Positions 13,016 to 26,800 of a stretch of 64,000 nt of DNA are shown one piece after another. The position numbers were made by a program, and so were the translations under genes. The notes beneath the pieces are model-generated. The model was given only the letters and a program-made list of their open reading frames with translations, was not told the DNA's origin and searched no databases. Within the stretch, counting starts at the first letter, position 1; the number at the start of each line of letters is the position of its first letter. This DNA is from Octopus sinensis (taxonomy: Eukaryota): contig NC_043001.1 of the NCBI RefSeq assembly GCF_006345805.1, forward strand, positions 42,036,001 through 42,100,000, read 5' to 3'.

Positions 13016-14357
13016 ACTACCATATCTAATTGTCAACATTCCTCTTCATACTTCTATACTCAGTTAAATATCTACCAGTAATATACTGAAATAAAACTGG
13101 CCTTGCAACTGATCAAAATACTACAAACATCAGAGTTCCACGTAGACTTAATACTTCATAGGCTAACAAATTTATTTGAAACAAATATGAAAATTCTTTT
13201 TACTAGTTTTGATTTTAATCTTCAAAAATAAAAAAAAAGTTTATCATCAGATGAAGAAGTTCACCAGCAAGCAAGATTTAAATACTATCGCTTCACACAA
13301 TGGAAACTATTCCAAAAGACAAAAAAAAAAAGAAAAAATGTCTAGTTACCTAAAAACTAATTTTCAAAACAAATGCATATAGATACAAATGTTAAGCCAT
13401 TTACAGTTGAATATAGACCATAAATTTCTCAACAATAAAGTAAATACTGATGAATATGAAGTATATTTAGAAAATTGTAAAATAATACCTTATTGCTCTA
13501 GTTCATAACATTAATTTCCAAGCTTTCTGTTTTTGTAGGTTATTATATAAATATTGAAATTTTGGATGTGTATTGTTAAACAGTATACGCCATTTTCCAT
13601 TTATGAAGTAATAAGCACTATGGTGCAATTGTGTGGCCTCATGAAACTGAGCTTAATTTCAATTCCCAGTTGGAACTGCTTAAACATGTCATAAGCAAAA
13701 GCCAACAATTTTCTCCCATACAGCAAATTTTTTTTATTTCTAAGGCAAACTGACTTGTGTAAAGAAATAAAAGAATTCCTGTTCACTTATATAAACGTAA
13801 ACATTTTTAAAAAGTAAGTGAAGCATGTTACTTAACTTCAGTGCTAAATGACAGAGTCCAAAACCTCTAAAGAGAAAAAACTTATAACTTCTCATCATTT
13901 ACTTTCTCTAGTTGGCTTGAATTTAATGCATAAATTTTCAGTTAATTTTCATTGAAATTTTACTTCCATCTTGATAAGAATTTGGCTTATTTTGCAAGAA
14001 TGTTATATAAAAATGGATTATATTTGATAGCTGAAACTTAATAGATTTAATAAGCAAACAATTTTTTAAGGATTCAGTCAGTACCACAAGAAAAAATTGC
14101 TTTGTGCTTTATTCTTTTTCCAGCAGGTTGGCATAGGTTACATTTTTATGCGCCATTTTTTTATATCATGAAAATTTTTCATTGTGAATTCATGTAAAAG
14201 TACACTTAAGGGTTTGTTTCTATCAAGTGTGTGTGCACGCGCACTCATACATGTACAAAGTTGTGCAATACTTTCCATTTAAATTGAATTGTAAAAGTTC
14301 AGAAAACTTTTTGACAATGATTTCCTTATAAGTTAAAAGTTCTAGTAGTTAAATTTT

Positions 14358-14722
14358 GGTGTGCGGTAAGAAGCTTGCTTCTCAACCACACGGTTGTGGG
14401 TTCAGTCCCACTGTGTGGCACCTTGGGCAAGTGTCTACTACTATAGCCTCAGGCCGACCAAAGCCTTGTGAATGGATTTGGTAGATGGAAAGACGGAAAC
14501 TGAAAGAAACCCACTGTGTGTGTGTGTCTGTGTTTGTCCACCCCCCATCACCACTTGATGACCAGGGTGTGTTTACATCCCTGTAATCTAGCGGTTCAGC
14601 AAAGAGACTGATAGAATAAGTACCAGGCTTAAAAAATAACTCCTGTGGTCAATTCATTCAACTAAAAATTGAAGGTGCTGCTCCAGCATGTCCACAGTCT
14701 AATGACTGAAACAAACGATAAA
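14358..14722 (+). mobile_element. tRNA-derived SINE (family A), near full length
   Basis: gtgtgcggtaagaagcttgcttctcaaccacacggttgtgggttcagtcccactg head with A/B-box-like motifs, conserved body and gactgaaaca tail. Confidence 0.92.
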
Positions 14723-16615
14723 ATATATCATATAGACTTATTTTCCTAAAGAAAAAACAGTTCCCTCAGAAACAATGCTCAGAGGAAGCACCATCTACTA
14801 TCTGCAATTTTTGCAATTACTTTGATAGCAACAATTAGGTATCCAAAGTAACAGTTACACAATATTTAAAGTACTTTTTATAACATACTTATTTGTAAAT
14901 TTTGTGTAACACAATATTTCAGAATTTTTTAGTTTATAATTAAAACAGTGTTAAGTTACTTTAACTTTATGAAAGAATAGAGAGTAATTGACAATGTCTG
15001 TGAATGAACAGATACAATTATGGAAGTCAACAACAAAGTTATTAACAGAAAAAATATTAAGTAGGAGATATAGCATCCTAGTTTATGATAATACATAACA
15101 TATAAATCAAAGAAGGTACTAACGTATGTATGGCTGATTCTGCCTGTAAGGTAAACTGGAGTTCTTATAGTCTTCTTTGGACATGCATCCCTAAGTAAGG
15201 GATTTAGTAGATGTAATTTACATCAGAAGTATTTGATGCTAACTGTATCAAATACTTTTGACTAATTGAGTTTTAGCAACCCATCTCAATATTTTTCTGG
15301 GCATTGTGAATAGTATAAAAGTTACCAGTAAGGTTGGTAACTTCAATGAAACCAAAATTATAATCAATGAAAAAAGCAAACATATATTTTTGTGGAACTA
15401 TTTGTTGATAATTTATTCCATTATTAAAGATTTGAATAAAGAGAATTTGAATCACATTTAAGAAGGTCTGACAGGATCACTGTAAACTCTTTGTGGCAAA
15501 TACATCACCTATAATTTCATAATAAAGTAATTACATCAAGAACCAATATACTGTTGGTAAAAAAATTGCCATACTAAATACAATATTTGTAAATTCATCA
15601 TGTTTTTTTATTGGTAGAACGTAAATAAAAAGAAAAACAAAAATCACTTTTAAAAATAGAAAAGAAAAAAATTAGGATTAGTAAATAGACAACACTATTT
15701 TGAATTTGCAGAAACCTTCTAAGAAAGCAAATAATGAGTAAGGCCTCTTCAATAATCTGTTATTTTGCGATATTTGGAAATTCATTGACGATACTTTGAC
15801 ATCTCGATGCACTACTTTTATATTTTCCTTTTCCTAATACAGAAATTCCACACCAGCAATATGCTGTTCAGTTACAATTTCATTTCTTGATTGTTCCTTT
15901 TTTGGAACCTAAAAAATTTCAGATTTAGGAGAAAATTTTTTGGTCTGAATTTCTTTTTTACTGTTAATGAAATGCAACCTAAGCACTCTTTAATGCATAG
16001 TGATGGATTTCATTCATGCATAATAAGCAAGACAATGAATTTATTGTTGATGTTTAGGCATGCAATTTAATTACCTTGTAATGAAATTACAGGCTATGTA
16101 TTTACTGTGACATAATTATTGGTGATGAAAGGTTTGACATTGAGGGAGATGTGAAAGCTCCAAATCTCTAGATTACAGGGTTGATACTTAAAAAGAGAGA
16201 AAAGTTATCAAGTGTTAATTTGGAGGTAGTCTTTTCATGAGCACCTTTATCATATATGAAATGAAGGGTACAGAATCATCTGGAAACATTTGCACAGCAT
16301 CATATATTAAATTTTCCTTCCAATTACAGTATAGGAAAATCTTAACAAAGGCCGTGATAGCATAAAATAAAAGAAATGTTACTATCGTTGCTTCCCATTA
16401 CTATCTACATTGTAAGGTTAAATAAATTTACTCTTCATCAGAAGTTGAAATTAGAAGAGTAAGCATGTGTATGCTAATACAAATATAATAATAATGAGAT
16501 AACACTGAATTCTTATCATTAAGATAGCCATTTGTTTTTATGACCTGAATGTATCATCTGATATATCTAGCTTGGTATAATTAGAAAATTAAACATCATT
16601 CAAATTTGGATAGTA

Positions 16616-17884
16616 TCAGGTCATTAAGAATAAAATGTCTAATTTTGAACTAAAAGTTTATTTTACTTTATCTCAACAAAAAGCAACGCAGCTAAATGCA
16701 CCTAAATTATCAACACAATTTTGCCATTTTATCAGTAGTTTATTTACACCGGTAGTGAAGAATTCTGGAGAGCAAGAGGTGATGAAATCACAAAAGGCTG
16801 TTTTCGCATCTTCTTCAGATTTGAAGTTTTGTCTTTGCAAAATGTTGTCAAATATCTGGAAAATGTGATAGTCAGTTGGTGCAAGGTGTGGTGAATATGG
16901 TGGATGTACTTCCAAGTTCAGTTGCTGTAATTTGAGTAGTGTTCTTTGTGCAACATGTGGTTGAGCAATGTCTTGCAAGAGAATTGGCTTGTCTCAATTG
17001 ACCAATCTCAGTTGTTTAATTGCAAGTTCACTCATCATTTCATCCAGTTGGTTGATGTATACATCTGCTGTAATTGACTTATCAGGTCTCATGAAGCAAT
17101 AGTGGCTGACACCAGTGCTAGATCACCAAAAAGACACCATTAGCTTTTTTTGGTGAATATTCTTTTTGGGATTGTGTTTTAGCACTTCGTCTCTATCCAA
17201 CCACCATGCAGAATGCTTGCTATTGTTGAAAAGAATCCATTTTTAATCACACATAACAATATGATGCAAAAATAGTTTGCTTTTATGCTGTGACAGCAAA
17301 GAAAAGCAAATTTCAAGATGACATGTCATCTGATGCTTGTTCAGTTCATGTGGTACCCACTTGTCCAGCTTCTTTACCATGCCAATTTGTTTCAGATGGT
17401 CCAATACAGTTGGAATTGAAAGATCAAACCTTGCTGCTAATTCACATGTAGTTTGAGATGTATCCGCTTCCACTACAGTTTCCAGCTCATTATCCATCTT
17501 GGTCTCAGGTCAACCATGGAGCTGATTTTCAAGACTAAAGTCACCAGACCAGAACTTCTCAAACCATTGACATGCAGTGTGCTCATTCACCACATCTTCA
17601 CCAAACACCTTATTGATGTTTCAAGCTGTCTGGGATGCATTGGTTCCATGACTGAACTCATATTCATAAACAATACAAATATTTAATCTATCCATAAGTT
17701 CACAAAAATTGATTTATAAGTGAAAACTCACAATATAATCAAACACCATGAATTGCATTTCGAAAAGTGATGATGTAACTCTTCAATGTTGTAAAACAAA
17801 GAATTATCAGGCTAAAACATTAGAGTTAACAACTGTCAAACTTGGTGTGTAAGAAAATCAGACATTTCATTCTTAAAGACCTGA
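16616..17884 (-). mobile_element. Full-length Tc1/mariner transposon with pseudogenised transposase
   Basis: ~30-bp TIRs (tcaggtcattaagaataaaatgtct / agacatttcattcttaaagacctga) with TA on both sides. Motifs WVPHEL, CD*KW, QDIAQPH and HPPYSPHLAPTDYHIF in broken ORFs 17243-17497 and 16673-16978. Confidence 0.95.
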
Positions 17885-20800
17885 TAAATATACTGACTCA
17901 CTTTTATATTGTATGAATCTATATGAGAAAGGTATGAACAGTAAATAACCTTTTCAAAACCTAAGAAAGTAAGAAGTGGTTATGTTTTAATCAGTTCTTA
18001 CAGAAAATAATTTCCACTATTTCCCAATGTAAAGACATGACAAATAGGAAATGTACTAATTTGAGAGATTGAATTTCCTAATTAAGCTGATGAAAAACTA
18101 CTCCTCTTCCAAGTTAATAGAGAGTAAAGCTATTTTAATCTACCAGTTTTCTACTTAAAGTTTCTGCAGGAACTTTCATAAAACTATATCCAAAAATATT
18201 TACATTTTAAGATCTCATACAGCTTCTTAAAATCACAATCATTTGTAAATTAACAGAAAAGAAAACTATGTGAAAGTGAAAAGATGGTAGGATATAACTA
18301 CAAGACTAGTACATTAAACATCTAATTGACTTTGGCAGAATACGAAAATAATAGGTAGGCTCTTATTTTCAGCTGCTGTGGGAGCAGATGTAATTGACAT
18401 ATGACAAGATCATCTAGAGTGGGGTAATGGAAAAGAGAACCTTTACATAAAATTTAAGATTTTACTTTCACAGATGCTTTAAATTTTGCAAGTTGTAAAA
18501 GCAAAGGCATACAAGTACATACTCAACCATGACAGATACAGGATATAATATATCTAACTGCCACTCACTGAGATGATCCACATTACTACTAAATCTCCAT
18601 TGATATATAGACTAACAAGCCTATGGTAATGCATGCAATGATAAAATTTTGTAATAAAAAGCATTTATTTTTCTTTGATTCTTCACTTTCCTTTCTAATT
18701 TCTACCTTGGAACAATGTTTACAATAATACTGTAGCAAAGTATAATTGGCTCTTTGTATAGCTAATATGAAGTGGAAAATATGTTGCTGGTATCCCATCT
18801 CAAAGCACAATGTTATTTACACATTCATACCATTTTAACTTTTATTTTTAGTTTCTTTTCTTTTGTCTATCTAGCAAGGAAAAAATTGTAGCCATTTATG
18901 GTACCATACCAAAGAGACCACTTATATAAGGATTAACATGCAGTTTGAAAACACAAACTCATATGAGGTGAAGCAAGTTTGAAAATTAATAATTTTATGC
19001 ATTTCATCCATCCTTCTCAATAATAGCTTTTGACTATATAGAAGTCAGTTAGGGGTAAAAGTCCCCATGGAAGACTTCATATGATGCAACATATAACTGA
19101 AAGGTAGCTCTTTATAGATTTATGCTAACAGCGAAAAATAAACATAAAACTGATATTAATAAGGATATGTTGGTGAGATAAAGATGAAAGAATATACACG
19201 AAAACTATGAGCTTTTAAGATGCCCATTTCTAAATAGAACAGTTAACCCTAAACTTTACAATATAGTAAGCAATGATGATTTAACTTCAGCAATAAAATA
19301 TTATAAAGATGTGAATTCCTTTTTCTTGAAACAAGAATAAAAAAAAATCAAATATGATTTAAGTATTTTTTTCAAAAAATGATATGCACAGAACAAATTA
19401 ACAAATAGAAATTTACTTAGACAATCTCTCAAGATTTAAATTTTGGATGCATATGAATTACTTATATAAAAGTAACAATTTTAACACTACCAATGCATAC
19501 ATACTAAGAAGTAAGGCAATTACAAAAGAATTTGTAAAGGGTAGTTTACCATCTGTTATCTCTATCTCTCTCATTTATACATATTGATAGAGAATCAATA
19601 CTTTAAGTAATAAGTCTATCAATGTATCTGAAATCAAACTATATCTCTTGCATAACTATCGTTGCCAACACCAACAGAATATCACATTCATAGAGAGTGA
19701 GTATGGCTACTAATCCATTCACTGCAGGATTTTATACACTATACAAAGTTTTTAGCATTTCTTCTTCTAGATTTGCAATGAATACTAGGTTAACCACATA
19801 CAGACACCTATCCTTGAAATCAATCCTAAATTTCTTAATGAATTCAATATCATAAAAGAAACTGTAAACAAAGCCTCAAAAAACATGCAATTAATTTTTA
19901 GAATCCTTCATTAAGTATAGTTCATTGTAACCGTACACATTATGAATAATTTTATATCATTCACATTTTCCCCCTAAACTACATTATATCAAAGTTACAA
20001 GTACATTGAATCAAAATTGCTATGTAGATATTGTAAGTAATTGGTGCAATTAATGTGTGTACAAGATGTATTATTTTGGGTAGATTGACAGTGAATAAAC
20101 AATTTATAAATAATGGATGCATTGCTGCACGAAAAACAACTCTTCATAAAAAGAGTAAACTTCATAATTCGTGTAAAAAATGTAATACTATAAGAGCAGT
20201 GGGACATCAACTGTTTAGTTAGCAGAACTGCAGTGACTGGAGAAAATTACCATAAATATAATTTACTGGATAAAGAACATGAATTTAAGAGATAAAATAG
20301 GCTATGTGTAAATGAATTCAAAAGAAGACTGGATATTTGAATTTTGGTAACAGTGTGTGAGAGAGATAACTGTTCTTATATAACCATATAAACATGTCTA
20401 TGAGAACAGATAAATAAAACATATGAAATGATTGTAATAATATAACAGAAATATGGATTAATTAAAAAAAACAGACAAGAAAAATTAAACCTTGGAAAAT
20501 TAAGCTTAAGAAACTCTGCGAAACAAGAATACCTCCAGATATGCTGTGGTATAAAACTCTAATTGTAACAGCCAAATGTGGGTGAACATTAAAAATCAAT
20601 ATTGATGAAGTAGTGCAAATGACATTCCCTTCCCACACTAACGGATCCCCACCACTTCATTCTACAAAAAAGAAAAAAAAAGCCAAATTTTTACTAATCA
20701 TTGATGGTGAGAATCCTGTAAAGAAATGTCAAGAGAAATGCTAACCCTACAACATACAAGTAGTACACAACACACACATGAACAAACAACAAATATTAAA

Positions 20801-21699
20801 TTTCAAATACACATACTAACTCCCTGGACAAAACCATAACAAACCATGAACCTAACTTTCAAACTGAAAGCAACAGAAACAGAGCAAAGAGAAAGGTAAA
20901 ACTCACAGCAGCTGATTTTAAGGTAAATGAATATGATTAGGCTGATTAATGTTTCAGTTATAACATTAGATAAATGTTTTATACATCTTGAAAAATTCTA
21001 AACTTGATGACTATATACCACAATAACTTTGATGAGTTTAACAGAATATTATCATACAGTTTTATAATGCAAACTTGCAATTTAAGAGCACAGATTATGC
21101 TAATATCAAATCAAAAATCTGTCAATACCATTACAGCAACTGAGTTTCATTTTATAGAACTTTATTAAAATGAAGTCATGGTTGTTAAACAGAATTTCTG
21201 CTTCTACTTTCTTATCAGTCAAATACTGTATTTACTCATATACAATGATTGCCATGTGCAATGCGAACTGTTAATGATAGGCAATGAAATACTGAAAAAA
21301 TATATCTGGTGTATAGTACACATTGACTTTTCCTGAGTATGGAAAAACAAGTTTGAGTCATATGTTTATTATAATTGCTGTAAAAAATGCATTGAAAAAT
21401 TTCATACATCCTAAATGAAACAAAGTAAATTTGAAAGTCACCTTTGAAATTTATCAGCATAAATTGTTCAAGTATACCTGCTGTAAAGTCAACATTACAC
21501 CATGTTTTTCTAGGAAATCAATTTCATGTTGAAAACAAACTCTATTGTGGGCAACCACAAGTGGTGACTATCATAAATATCAAGTGCACAATCAACATAA
21601 AATTTACATTTTTAATGCATATTTATGAAATATAATGAACATTTAATATAATATCACTGACATAATAAACATCGGAATCCCGGCATGGAAACGCCTTCT

Positions 21700-22059
21700 T
21701 TGATCATTGCCAGAGCGGCTAACTGGCGTCCTTCCCGGTGGCATGTAAAAAGCACCATTCGTGCGTGATCGTTACCAGCGTCACCTTACTGGCACTTGTG
21801 CCGTTATGTAGGTGGCACGTAAAAAAAACACCATTTGGGCATGGCCGTTGCCAGTACCACTTGACTGGCCCTCGTGCCGGTGGCACGTAAAGGTACCCAC
21901 TACGCTCTCGGAGTGGTTGGCATTAGGAAGGGCATCCTGCTGTAGAAACTCTGCCAGATCAAGATTGGAGCCTGGTGCAGCCATCTGGTTCACCAGTTCT
22001 CAGTCAAATGGTCCAACCCATGCTAGCATGGAAAGCAGACATTAAATGATGATGATGAT
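21700..22059 (+). mobile_element. Family B SINE with internal ~60-70-bp tandem units
   Basis: Three ggtggcaYgtaaa..cacc units followed by gagtggttggcattaggaagggcatcc...ccaacccatgctagcatggaaagcagacattaaatgatgatgatgat. Confidence 0.9.
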
Positions 22060-22524
22060 TACACATCAGCTTAAACAATAGATATAAATTACTTTCACTC
22101 ACGATATCCCAAATATGACCATGCATGAAGGGCCATAAAAATTAGTAACATTTAGTTCTCATTTATAATGCAAGTCCCTAATTTTCAGGCTTAAAAATCT
22201 CATGTAAAAAGCACACTATTCATGAATAGAGTATTTGTGAAAGAGAAGAAAAAAAGCTGAAATTACACCAGATCAACTGATTACTTTCAAAATGATTTTA
22301 AAATGTATTACTTTTAACAAAACTAGTTTCAAGCACACCACTTTTTTCTTCAATCATTCATCAATCTATGCAATAACTATTAACATTCTAAGTTTCCTAA
22401 TTAGTTAATTTACAACTTATGTAGCCAGTATTTATTTATTAAAGTATTTATTTTAACTGAGGACATAAATCATATTTCAATTTGAAAAAATGAATAACAA
22501 TATAGACAAAGATAGTGAACAAAC

Positions 22525-22935
22525 TGTTGTTGTTCAAGCCTTAGATCAGCCATAGATGAGGAAACCTCTGATCAAAAGTTAACTGATCTCTACCTGCTAA
22601 TAATGTTCCGTTTTCATTGTCAATGCTTTATGCAGTATGCTCTAGATGTGGAGAGAGAATCCCTTAATGATAAGAGACGCATAAAATAACCTTACTTGAT
22701 ATCTGATTATCCTGAACTTACATGAACTTCAAACATCATCAAACAACTTGATCACTAAAGTTGCAAGAAATAGCAACCTAATCTTCCTTATATTATATCC
22801 TACCATTTTAAAAGGATTCATTGAATAATGTATCCTTTTAAATGCAATGTAGACCCACATACATTGTCTGAATTCAGATGGTTACAGCTGGGATGCCTTT
22901 GATCAATGATCTGCTTAATCAGGGATTAAACAGCA
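22525..22935. mobile_element. Family D SINE-like fragments in opposite orientations
   Basis: gttgttgttcaagccttagatcagc..ctctgatcaaa at the left end and tttgatca..ctgcttaatcagggattaaacagcaa at the right end. Confidence 0.4.
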
Positions 22936-25422
22936 ATCTCAAACTTCGTGCTAAATGAAGTAAGCCATACTATATTTTATATCAGCATAGGCTTAAAGAC
23001 TCTCAAATTCATCTACAGTTTCTTTGCTACTCAAACTTTATCAACAGTTAACAATTACAATGTATTTGTGTCTATTTGTAACTAAATATTTTACTTCCAA
23101 ACTTCCCAAACATATCTGAGTATTTGTGTCATGTGAAAATAAAATACAATCTTAAGGTTAGCTTATTTCCTTTTGATATTCTAGCTTATAGTTTTCTCCA
23201 TAGTTTGTTATCTTTTTAGAAAATATTGCCAATCTCATCATATTATCTGCCTAAAGTATGTATTTCTGTTATGAGAATTATTACTAGCATATTTAAATGA
23301 ATCTATGATGCTAGCAACTGTGAAGGTTTTGAAGCTTCTCTATTTTCATTTGCTTCATTGCCTTGCTTTGACAGCCAGTACTCTCACCAAGGGTGGAACA
23401 ACATTGAATAGCAATTTTTTCCCCTCATTATTCACCAAATCCTAGAGAATATTTTAATATGAACATGTTTGCCTAATTTGCTCTGTCTCATCTAACAAAG
23501 TAACTCACCAATATCTAATCGTTCTATATGGTTTCATTATATTCGAGACACTTGCATCTATCATTGAGTATAATTTCCAAGTAATCTTTCTTGCTTTCTC
23601 TTTCATGCTATTCTCAATTACTACATGTTCAATCAGGATTTTACCAAGTTAACTATTTTGCTCCAACACTCAGTATTTCTTCTAATTTGCATTTGTACCA
23701 ATTGATAAGCTCCAACAAACAGAATTTGATTTAATCATCTTAACTATTTTTTAATAAAACACATACAAATAATTACAACAAATACCACTTACAACATCAA
23801 GTATGCAGTTGTGATTTCTGATAAATTCATAAAAAATAAAATATCAATAATGCATACTACCTTAGTTACTTGGAAATAGCTAGTCTCAACTCGTGATACA
23901 TTTCAATTTTATAAATAAAATCAAACTATTTATAATGCTCCCATGTGTAATTGTGATATAGAAATATAAAAACTAAGTGAATTGATAAAGAATGAATTAG
24001 GAAGTTTTTTTTATAACAGTCTCTGATTTAAAAAAAAAAAAAGAGTAATGAAATAGATAGATATTACTCTATTTTACATTAAAAATTAGAATATTTTTAC
24101 TAAAACAACATCAAAATAAAAACTGATTTGTGGTGAACTTACATTTTGTCCAAAATGTAACAAATTGGGACTTTTATTTCACTCCCCTTGTACATTTCAC
24201 TTCCTTCTCATGTAGAACTAATGCCTAAAACATTAAGACTCCTTCCCTTCCTCTTAAGCACTAAGCTAAAGCAGTATTTGTTAAACATTGTCACTCTCTT
24301 GTGTTGTCTTTATCCTTTCTTTTATAGTTCATTCATATAACTGACTTTTCAGTACTGTTTTTTTTTCTGCAAAAAAGTTGCAGTATTTCATGTGAAATGT
24401 AGAAGTACTGTAAATAAAATATATGTATGAACTATATATTGAATTACATTTTATATGATGTATGGAAAAAGAAAAGCTACTGTTGGCAACCATAACAGAG
24501 TGAGAATGATTTTAAAATTAGTGTTCATCAACATGAATAAAGCTATAATTAGAAACAACCTACATTTGAACATGTGTTTTTGATCCAATAACCTTGTGAA
24601 AGAAGTTCATGTTCCAGAACTTATTAATTTCTTTTTGCCTTAGCAACTAAAATGCTCTTTCTTTCATTTGAATTTTATACATACATAATTTGCATGCAAT
24701 TCAAATTTGTTTGACCCAGTTAGATATTAACTCATTTGTTACAGAGGTGACAACTGCAAATTTACAGGCACTAACTCCATTTTGCCCTCAAGTTCATGAA
24801 GAAACTGTTTGAATTTGTACATATAGTGAGCACCCTCCAACACCAATATAGCTCAAGAAATCAGACATGCTCACAGCTCCACCTTGAAGAAATTGGAAAC
24901 CTTCCTTGCTGCTGCATAGAATGACCCTAATTTGTTACTAAAAACTTTTATGATTCATGACCAAAATAAGGACCAATTTAACTAGCTATAACACCACTAG
25001 TTACCCATTCTACAATGGTGAAAGAAGTACTTACAAATGTTCTTTTATTAACACTAGTGTTTTAGTGAATGTCCTATATACCACACAAATTTCTGCTAAG
25101 AAACCACAACTCTTACTGCTGTCGATCACTTTCCTGTCACTACTTATGGTGAGAAATAGTTGGTTCTAATTCTAGGAGAGCAACAAATGTTTTAGCTGGA
25201 TATTTATTTTTACTTACTTCCTCACTCCTATAATCAGGTGATTTTCTTTAACAAATTACCTGTCAATGTTTAACAACTACACCTTATTCATTCTTCAACC
25301 AGCCTTGTAGTTCAAGTCATTCTCAGTAAGACCTATTTTTCTTGCAAAATACTACAAGTAAAAATGAAATTTACGCAAAAATATCTATATTCAATATCCT
25401 GATTATGACAAAATTAAAAGAA

Positions 25423-25638
25423 TCTTTTATCTTTTATCGTTTACCTGTTTCAATCATATGACTGTGACCATGCTGGGGCACCACCTTGAAGGTCTTTGTC
25501 AAACAAACCAACCCCAGGGATTTTTTTTTTTAAAGCCTAGTACTTATTTGTCAGTCTTTTTTGCTGAACTGCTAAGTTACAGGGATGTAAACACACCAAC
25601 ACCAGTTGTCAAGCGGTGTTGAGGGAACAAACACAAAG

Positions 25639-25691
<53 letters not shown>

Positions 25692-25899
25692 ATATATATC
25701 ATCATCATCGTTTAACGTCCGTTCTCCATGCTAGCATATATACACATGACAGGCTTCTTTCAGTTTCCATCCATCAAATCCACCCATAAGGCTTTAGTCA
25801 GCCTGAGGCTACAGTAGAAGACACTTGCTCAAGGTGCCATGCAGTGAGACTGAACTTGGAACCATGTGGTTGGGAAGCAAGCATCTTGCCACACAGCCA
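25423..25899 (-). mobile_element. tRNA-derived SINE (family A) with an expanded (TA)n and a nested ~40-bp family-B tail
   Basis: Reverse complement of the 14358 copy; tcatcatcatcgtttaacgtccgttctccatgctagcat sits inside the TA run (~25699-25737). Confidence 0.92.
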
Positions 25900-25919
25900 T
25901 GAACAGCATTACCATATCA

Positions 25920-26800
25920 AGACGAAAGGAGTACCTGTAATAGCTAGGTCTTGATGCCATGCTCTGGATAATTTTAAAATGGCTAGGTAGAAGTTCAATG
26001 ACATGCTTAGCATCATAAAGAGTTCCATAAGCAACTCGTCATCACCCCTGCACATTTCCTCAAAAAGCATCAGGTGACCAGCATCCTCTCAGTGATTTTG
26101 TGACAGAATGCCAACACAGTTCCGGACAATACTCTTTAGAATCAAAAATATCCATAAGAGTGCCACCACCACATCATTTGTAGACTACAAATTTTTGCAC
26201 ATACCATTTGGTTTTCCAGATGTTACATAAAACTTTCGAAGGTACTTTGACAATATTCTGCAAGGGTTAATTTTCCTGTATGCTTAAATTAATAATCAAC
26301 TTGTTGCCAATTCAACTGATGAAGAGCATGACAAACATTTTCATTTACTCATGAGAAGACTAATGGGATATGGTCAACTTTAACAAGTGCTCTTGGGGGA
26401 TTTGTTTGTCTGTTGTATTTCCTCAATACATATCTTGGAAATACAGCAAAGTTGGGATTTGCCTACTTAAGAAAAGACGAAGCTATTCAGGAGTTTCTAG
26501 CACCTTCTTCCTTTTATAAATTCAGAGAATTTAATGGTCTAAATTTTTATCACTGACTCAGTCCTTATGGTACATAAATCACTCAACTGTTAACTGGTAT
26601 TCTGCACACACACACACAAAAAAGAAAAACAAGATATTACTTTGGATGCAAATGAATGTCGGCCTTCCAAAAGATATTATTAACTAAAGGTACTCTTCTT
26701 ACCCAGCCCAAAACAGAAACACCAAGTTTACTGATAGATGTATCAGAGATGGCGATAGAAGTTCAACAAGTAGCAACCATTTTCCTTCTCCAAGTGTCTA
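25920..26800 (+). mobile_element. Decayed Ty3/Gypsy pol fragment (RT and start of RNase H)
   Basis: Translates to DIHKSATTTSFVDYKFLHIPFGFPDVT*NFRRYFDNILQGLIFLYA*INNQLVANSTDEEHDKH, and later TLLTQPKTETPSLLIDVSEMAIEVQQ. These fit the KTA..TPFG.FEF.RMPFGL / YIDD and DAS motifs. Confidence 0.75.

Noticed and set aside
15700-15908. Kinase-like string QHIAGVEFLY*EKENIKVVHRDVK on the minus strand
   Set aside because: There is an in-frame stop just before the motif, and no xxN or DFG follows. Most likely chance; not called as CDS.
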